Source of the DNA: Planctomycetota bacterium
Lineage (GTDB): Bacteria > Planctomycetota > B15-G4
Length of the DNA stretch: 64,000 nucleotides
Direction: 5' to 3'
NCBI GenBank assembly: GCA_965248575.1
Contig: CBDFJQ010000002.1
Coordinates: forward strand, 416,001-480,000
The notes beneath the pieces were generated by a model that was not told the DNA's origin, made no database searches, and worked only from the letters and a program-made list of their open reading frames with translations. Both the position numbers and the translations under genes were made by a program. Below are positions 57,967 to 64,000 of this stretch, piece by piece (position 1 is the stretch's first letter; the number at the start of each line of letters is the position of its first letter).

Positions 57967-58920
57967 GTGATCGATCTCCACAGCAGCTCCCAGTTGGCGC
58001 GTCTCTATGGGGACAGTTCCAGGTTGCGCCTGCTGTCTCTGCTATCGCAGGAGGAGCTCACGGTGGCTGAGCTCACCAGCGCCACGCGCCTGGGTCAGTC
58101 GAGGGTGTCGACCCATCTGGGAAAGCTGCGCGAAGCAGGTTTGCTCCGGGTCCGAAGGCACGGCACCTCCACCTTCTATGCCCTGGATGAGCTGGGGATG
58201 TCGGAGGATGCGCGCTTGCTGTGGCAGGCCTTCAGCGCCGCCACGGACGATCAATTGCTGCGCGAGGATACCCAGCGGCTGCAGGAGGTCGTCTCCGCTC
58301 GCTCGGGCAGCTGGGCTGATAGTGTGGCGGGTCAGATGGAGCGGCACTATTCGCCGGGCCGGACCTGGGAGGCTGCGGCGCGGGCGCTCGTGGGTCTCGC
58401 TGTCTTGGGGGACGTCCTGGATGTCGCCTCGGGGGATGGTGCCCTGGCAGAACTGGTGGCGCCCAGGGCTCGCAGCGTCACCTGTCTCGACGCCAGCAGG
58501 CAGGTGGTCTCCGCTGGTCGACGGCGCTTGCGTCTCGTGCCCAGCGTGCGCTTCTCGGTGGGGGACATGCACCGCCTGCCCTTTCCGGATGCGCGCTTCG
58601 ACCAACTGCTGCTCGTGAACTCCCTGAGCTATGCGCAGCACCCCGCGCAGGTCGTTGCGGAAGCAGCGCGCGTCCTTCGCAGCGGGGCGGGGCTCGTGGC
58701 CGTCGTGCTCGCAACCCACGCACACGAACACGTGGTGCGCTCCTTCAATCACGTGCAGATGGGTTTTGACCCCATCGAGCTGCGGCGCCTGTTCGAGGCC
58801 AACGGCTTCCGGGTCGACGCCTGCGCAGTGACGTCGCGCGAGCGCCGTGCCCCGCATCTGTCCGTCATCAGCCTGTACGCCACCCGGCTTCCACCTTCTC
58901 CACCCGAGACCCTGCCATGA
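57967..58920 (+). CDS. ArsR-family regulator fused to SAM-dependent methyltransferase domain (SahR/SamR-like)
   Basis: RLRLL..L...[51 protein letters not shown] overlap with metH. Confidence 0.92.
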   Translation: MIDLHSSSQLARLYGDSSRLRLLSLLSQEELTVAELTSATRLGQSRVSTHLGKLREAGLLRVRRHGTSTFYALDELGMSEDARLLWQAFSAATDDQLLREDTQRLQEVVSARSGSWADSVAGQMERHYSPGRTWEAAARALVGLAVLGDVLDVASGDGALAELVAPRARSVTCLDASRQVVSAGRRRLRLVPSVRFSVGDMHRLPFPDARFDQLLLVNSLSYAQHPAQVVAEAARVLRSGAGLVAVVLATHAHEHVVRSFNHVQMGFDPIELRRLFEANGFRVDACAVTSRERRAPHLSVISLYATRLPPSPPETLP

Positions 58921-61900
58921 CACCTTCCACCGCGTCCGTGTCCGTGTCTGACGCCCTGAGCCGCCTGCTGGCGGAGCGCATCCTGGTGATGGACGGAGCC
59001 ATGGGCAGCCTCATCCAGCAGCGGGAGCTCACCGAGCAGGACTTTCGGGGCGACCGCTTCCAGGAGCACGGGACTGACCTTCAGGGGAACAATGACCTGC
59101 TGGTGCTCACGCGCCCTGACGTGATTGGGGAGATCCACCGCGAATACCTGGAGGCCGGGTCAGACATCATCGAGACCAACACCTTCAGCGGCACGGCTAT
59201 CGCGCAAGCCGATTACTCCATGCAGTCGGTGGTCCGGGAGTTGAACCGTGAAGCGGCTCGCCTGGCTCTTGAGGCAGCTGCCGAATACACCGCCAAGACG
59301 CCCGACCGGCCGCGCTTCGTTGCTGGAGCGCTGGGCCCCACCAACCGGACCTTGTCCCTGTCACCTCGTGTGGAAGACCCGGGCTTCCGGGCCGTGACCT
59401 TCGATGAGGTGCGTGAGGCCTACGCCGAACAGGTGCGCGGCTTGCTCGAGGGAGGCGTGGATCTCCTGCTGGTCGAGACCATCTTCGACACCTTGAACGC
59501 CAAGGCGGCCCTGGCTGGCATCGAGCTCGTGTTCCAGGAGTTGGATACACGGGTGCCGATCATGATCAGCGTGACCATCACGGACAACAGCGGGCGAACC
59601 CTGTCGGGTCAGACCCTGGAGGCCTTCTGGACGTCGGTGCGCCACGCGAAGCCGTTCAGTGTCGGCATCAACTGCGCTTTGGGCGCGGCGCAGATGCGGC
59701 CCTACATGGCAGAGCTCGCGGGGATCGCAGACTGCTGGGCAAGCGCCTACCCGAACGCTGGCTTGCCCAACGCCTTCGGTGGATACGACGAGTCGCCCGA
59801 GACCACGGCGGAGCACCTGGGAGAGTGGGCGGCCAGCGGCTTGGTGAACATCGTGGGCGGCTGCTGCGGCACGACGCCTGGGCATGTGAAGGCCATCAAG
59901 GATGCCGTGAAAGGCATCAAACCGCGCTCCCAGGTCGACGCCCCCGAACTCACCACCTACAGCGGCTTGGAGACACTCACCGTCCGCCCAGACGCCAACT
60001 TCCTGATGATCGGCGAGCGCACCAATGTGACGGGCTCGCGCAAGTTCGCGAAGTTGATCCTCAACGACGACTTCGCCACGGCCCTCGAGGTGGCGCTGCA
60101 CCAGGTGCGGGGTGGCGCCAACATCCTCGACGTCAACATGGATGAGGGCATGTTGGATGGCGCTGCGGCCATGACCCGATTCCTCAACCTCGTGGGCAGT
60201 GAACCGGAGATCACGCGCCTGCCCATCATGATCGACAGCAGCAAGTGGGAGGTCATCGAGGCCGGCCTGAAGTGCGTGCAGGGGAAGGCCATCGTGAACT
60301 CCATCAGCATGAAGGAAGGCGAGGAGCTCTTCCTGGAACGGGCCCGGGTGCTGCGCGGCTACGGCGCCGCCATGGTCGTCATGGCGTTCGATGAGATGGG
60401 GCAGGCGGACACGGTCGAGCGGAAGGTCGAGATCTGCCAACGGGCCTACAAGCTGCTCACAGAGCAGGCGGGGGTCTCGCCCCAGGACATCATCTTCGAC
60501 CCCAACATCCTGGCGGTGGCCACGGGCATCGAGGAGCACGACCCGTACGCCGTGAACTTCATCAAGGCCACCCGCATCATCAAGGAGACCTGCCCCGGTG
60601 CACGGGTGAGCGGAGGCGTGAGCAACCTGAGCTTCTCCTTCCGCGGCAACAACCTCGTGCGCGAGGCCATGCACTCGGCCTTCCTGTATCACGCAATCCG
60701 CGCCGGAATGGACATGGGCATCGTGAACGCGGGTCAGCTGGTGGTCTACGAAGACATCCCTGCCGAGCTGCTGGAGCACGTGGAGGATGTGATCCTCAAC
60801 CGTCGGAGCGATGCCACGGAGCGCCTCGTGACCCTCGCGGAGACGGTCAAGGGTTCAGGAATGAAACGTGAGCTGGACCTGAGCTGGCGCGAGGGCGGCG
60901 TGGAGGAACGCCTGAGCTACGCCTTGGTGCATGGGATCGTGGACTGGATCGAAGAGGACACGGAGGAGGCAAGGCTCAAGCTCCCGCGCCCACTGAACGT
61001 CATCGAGGGCCCGCTCATGGATGGCATGAGCGTCGTGGGTGACCTCTTCGGCGCTGGCAAGATGTTCTTGCCACAAGTGGTGAAGAGCGCGCGCGTCATG
61101 AAGAAGGCTGTCGCCTGGCTCAACCCCTTCATGGAGGCCGAGAAGCTGAGCGCGGCGGCAGAGGGTTCCGAGGTCGCCTCACGCAACCAGAGCAAGGTCG
61201 TCCTGGCCACCGTCAAAGGCGATGTGCACGACATCGGCAAGAACATCGTGGGCGTGGTGCTCGGCTGCAACAACTACGAGATCATCGACCTCGGCGTCAT
61301 GGTCACCGCGGACGTGATCCTCAGCACGGCGGAGAAGGAGGGGGCCGACATCGTGGGGCTCTCCGGCCTGATCACGCCATCCCTTGATGAGATGGCACAA
61401 GTTTCCCGGGAGATGGAGCGGCGGGGCATGAAACAGCCCTTGCTCATCGGCGGTGCCACCACCAGTCGCCAGCACACGGCCGTGAAGATCGCTCCCGGCT
61501 ATGAGCAGCCCACGGTGCACGTGCTTGACGCCTCACGTGCCGTCAACGTGGTCTCCAAGCTGCTCGATTCCAAGCGCCGCCGTGCGTTCCTGAAGGAGAA
61601 CATCTCCTCCCAGGAGCAGCTGCGTTATGTGTACTCCCAACGGGTGGACGACCCCGTTCGCCCGCTGGCCACGGCCGTGGACAACCGTCGGGCGTTGGAC
61701 TGGTCGGACATGGCGCCCCCTGCCCCGTCCTTCACGGGTGTCCGTTGCGTCGAGCTTCCGATGAGCGAAGTTGCCGAACTCATCGACTGGACGTTCTTCT
61801 TCCATGCTTGGGAGATCAAAGGCAGCTACCCCAGCCTGCTGGACCACCCCGACCACGGCCCGGCGGCCCGGGAGCTGTTCGAGAACGGCAAGACCCTCCT

Positions 61901-62657
61901 GAAGCGCATCCTGGACGAGGAGTTGCTCACGGGCAAAGCCATGTGGGGCTTCTGGCCCGCGAGTGCAGAGGGTGAGGATCTCGTCTTGCACGAGCCGGAC
62001 GCCGAGGGCCGCGCATCCGGGGAACGCCTACGCATCCCCATGCTGCGCAATCAGGCAGAGCTGTCGAAGGGGCGACCCAATGAATCCCTCGTGGACTACG
62101 TGGCTCCTGCGAGCAGCGGCCGGCAGGATTACGTCGGCGCCTTCGCCGTCACGACCGGCCTGGGTGCGGCGGAGCTGGCAGAGGACTTCGAGCGCGATCA
62201 CGATGACTACAACGCGATCCTCGTCAAGGCACTCGCTGATCGACTGGCAGAGGCGGGGGCCGAGTGGTGCCATCGGGAGGCGCGGCGGGCCTGGGGCATC
62301 GCCGACGCGGAGCCGCAGGGCGAATCACTGGTGCACTTGATCAAGGAGGACTTCCAGGGCATTCGCCCCGCCTTCGGGTACCCCGCATGCCCCGACCATG
62401 AACCGAAGCACGCCTTGTTCGAACTGCTCGACGCTGCATCGATCGGCATGAGCCTGACCGAGAGTGGGGCGATGCTGCCGGCGGCCAGCGTCAGCGGACT
62501 TTACTTCTCGCATCCGGACTCGCACTACTTCAGCGTCGGGCGCATCGATCGGGATCAGGTGACGGACTACGCCCGGCGTTGTGCGGAGGAGGTCTCCGCG
62601 GTGGAGCGCCGGTTGGGACCCTGGTTGGCCTACGACCCAGAAGCACCGCAGCTCTAG
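58917..62657 (+). CDS. metH: Cobalamin-dependent methionine synthase
   Basis: [54 protein letters not shown]. Confidence 0.98.
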   Translation: MTPSTASVSVSDALSRLLAERILVMDGAMGSLIQQRELTEQDFRGDRFQEHGTDLQGNNDLLVLTRPDVIGEIHREYLEAGSDIIETNTFSGTAIAQADYSMQSVVRELNREAARLALEAAAEYTAKTPDRPRFVAGALGPTNRTLSLSPRVEDPGFRAVTFDEVREAYAEQVRGLLEGGVDLLLVETIFDTLNAKAALAGIELVFQELDTRVPIMISVTITDNSGRTLSGQTLEAFWTSVRHAKPFSVGINCALGAAQMRPYMAELAGIADCWASAYPNAGLPNAFGGYDESPETTAEHLGEWAASGLVNIVGGCCGTTPGHVKAIKDAVKGIKPRSQVDAPELTTYSGLETLTVRPDANFLMIGERTNVTGSRKFAKLILNDDFATALEVALHQVRGGANILDVNMDEGMLDGAAAMTRFLNLVGSEPEITRLPIMIDSSKWEVIEAGLKCVQGKAIVNSISMKEGEELFLERARVLRGYGAAMVVMAFDEMGQADTVERKVEICQRAYKLLTEQAGVSPQDIIFDPNILAVATGIEEHDPYAVNFIKATRIIKETCPGARVSGGVSNLSFSFRGNNLVREAMHSAFLYHAIRAGMDMGIVNAGQLVVYEDIPAELLEHVEDVILNRRSDATERLVTLAETVKGSGMKRELDLSWREGGVEERLSYALVHGIVDWIEEDTEEARLKLPRPLNVIEGPLMDGMSVVGDLFGAGKMFLPQVVKSARVMKKAVAWLNPFMEAEKLSAAAEGSEVASRNQSKVVLATVKGDVHDIGKNIVGVVLGCNNYEIIDLGVMVTADVILSTAEKEGADIVGLSGLITPSLDEMAQVSREMERRGMKQPLLIGGATTSRQHTAVKIAPGYEQPTVHVLDASRAVNVVSKLLDSKRRRAFLKENISSQEQLRYVYSQRVDDPVRPLATAVDNRRALDWSDMAPPAPSFTGVRCVELPMSEVAELIDWTFFFHAWEIKGSYPSLLDHPDHGPAARELFENGKTLLKRILDEELLTGKAMWGFWPASAEGEDLVLHEPDAEGRASGERLRIPMLRNQAELSKGRPNESLVDYVAPASSGRQDYVGAFAVTTGLGAAELAEDFERDHDDYNAILVKALADRLAEAGAEWCHREARRAWGIADAEPQGESLVHLIKEDFQGIRPAFGYPACPDHEPKHALFELLDAASIGMSLTESGAMLPAASVSGLYFSHPDSHYFSVGRIDRDQVTDYARRCAEEVSAVERRLGPWLAYDPEAPQL

Positions 62658-62663
62658 GTCGGC

Positions 62664-64000
62664 TCAGCCGTCACCGACAGCGGCCATGCCCGGGCGCCCA
62701 CACCAGCGTTCGATGGCCTCGTAGAGGCGGTCCGGCTTGACCGGCTTCGGCACGTAGTCGTCCATGCCGGCTGCGCGGCAACGGTCGGCGTCCTCGGCCA
62801 TGGCATTGGCCGTCATGGCGATGATGACGGTGTGCCGGCCCGAGAGCTTGTCTTCCTCTCGGATGGCTGCCGTGGCGGCATAGCCGTCCATGCGGGGCAT
62901 CTGGCAGTCCATGAGGATGGCGTCGAAGTGCCGTTCGCGAATCGCTTCAACAGCCTCCTGCCCGTCGTTGGCGATCTGGCACGTGTAGCCGCGGCGCTTG
63001 AGCAGGCTCACAGCGACCTTCTGGTTGACGAGGTTGTCTTCGGCCACCAGCAGGTGGACGTCGGCGTTGTGCGCCTTGAGTGCCTCGAGCTCTTCCTCGA
63101 GCTCACGTTCGTCGTCGGTGTTCTTTTCCTCACGGGCTTCGAGGCCCAACGCCGAGGCAAGGGTATCGAACAGCTGGCTCGCCTTGACCGGCTTGGTCAG
63201 CAGGCCGGTGACGCCCAGCTTGGTGAGCTTCTTCTCGTCTTTCGCGGTGTAGTTGTTGCTGACCATGATCACAGGGATCTGCTTCAGGAGCTTGTCCCGA
63301 CGGATGAGTTCCGTGAACTCCTCGCCGTTCATCTCAGGCATCTCGCGATCGACGAGGACCAGGTTGAAGGAGCGGGGAGTGACGGCGTTCTCGCGCATGA
63401 CGGTGAACGCTTCCTCACCGCTCGAGACGAGCACCGGCCAGCAGCCCCAGGCTTCCAGGTGGTGCTGCAGAACCTTGCGGTGGGTGGCGTTGTCGTCGAC
63501 CACGAGCACGTGCAGCTCCGCGAAGTTCGGGGCGAGCGTCACGCTGGGCGCCGGGGTGCTGCTCTGGAGACCGATGCGGGCAGTGAACCAGAAGGTGGAA
63601 CCGGAGCCGTCCACGCTCTCGACGCCCACGGAACCCTCCATGGCCTCCGCCAACTGCTTGCTGATAGCGAGCCCCAGCCCGGTCCCCCCGAAGCGCCGTG
63701 TGGTGGATGCGTCGACCTGGGTGAACTCGTTGAACAGGCAGTTGATCCGGTTGGAGGGGATGCCGATGCCCGTGTCCTTGACCGCGATCTTGAGCAGGGC
63801 GTCCTGCTCGTTGCTCTCCTCGACGCTGGCGGTCAAGACGATCTCGCCCTTGTGGGTGAACTTCAGGGCGTTGTTCATGAAGTTCAAGACGATCTGGCGC
63901 AAGCGCCCGGGGTCGCCGCTGAGCTTGGCGGGGACATCGGGCTCCACCAGGCACATCATCTCCAAGCCCTTCTGTTGGGCGATGGGGTGCAGCAGGTCCG
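62664..64000 (-). CDS. Hybrid sensor histidine kinase/response regulator, C-terminal part (5' end outside window)
   Basis: GDPGRLRQIVLN..NALKFT, DTGIGI, GGTGLGLAIS, two REC domains (VDDN..DREMP; AEDN..DCQMP). Confidence 0.95.
   Translation of the reverse strand, partial: DLLHPIAQQKGLEMMCLVEPDVPAKLSGDPGRLRQIVLNFMNNALKFTHKGEIVLTASVEESNEQDALLKIAVKDTGIGIPSNRINCLFNEFTQVDASTTRRFGGTGLGLAISKQLAEAMEGSVGVESVDGSGSTFWFTARIGLQSSTPAPSVTLAPNFAELHVLVVDDNATHRKVLQHHLEAWGCWPVLVSSGEEAFTVMRENAVTPRSFNLVLVDREMPEMNGEEFTELIRRDKLLKQIPVIMVSNNYTAKDEKKLTKLGVTGLLTKPVKASQLFDTLASALGLEAREEKNTDDERELEEELEALKAHNADVHLLVAEDNLVNQKVAVSLLKRRGYTCQIANDGQEAVEAIRERHFDAILMDCQMPRMDGYAATAAIREEDKLSGRHTVIIAMTANAMAEDADRCRAAGMDDYVPKPVKPDRLYEAIERWCGRPGMAAVGDG

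Overview
GC-rich bacterial DNA, most likely from a Planctomycetota genome. This is an inference from the ECF sigma plus TPR Ser/Thr kinase pair, multiple DUF1080 proteins, a DUF1570-like zincin, HEAT proteins, sulfatase-like enzymes, topoisomerase VI and MqnA. About 53 CDS can be supported. I recognised no rRNA, tRNA, CRISPR array or mobile element. All family calls come from motif recognition by eye; no database search was run. The most notable region is a compact bacterial microcompartment (BMC) operon at 4366-10994. It encodes an acylating aldehyde dehydrogenase and a complete shell set (1 BMC-H, 2 BMC-T, 2 BMC-P). It lacks a recognisable signature enzyme, PduL, alcohol dehydrogenase or acetate kinase. 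Instead it ends in two proteins with an EutQ/EutT-like N-terminal module (one Cys-rich, one fused to an ACT domain) and a DUF711/UPF0210 PFL-fold protein, making it a candidate new BMC type. The dehydrogenase carries a duplicated YEG..PDFSK motif around a disordered linker in place of a classical encapsulation peptide. Other blocks: an SPFH-RHH operon with a palindromic operator; a 12.5 kb 3-keto-glycoside-type catabolic cluster with an ApbE-DUF1080 fusion; ilvE-SLC13-ACT-lpxB; clpP; top6B-orphan-top6A; mqnA; lemA-TPM-TPM; a strongly low-complexity exported protein; acpS; an amidase; a UvrD helicase; an ArsR-methyltransferase (SahR-like) regulator with metH; and a partial hybrid histidine kinase.
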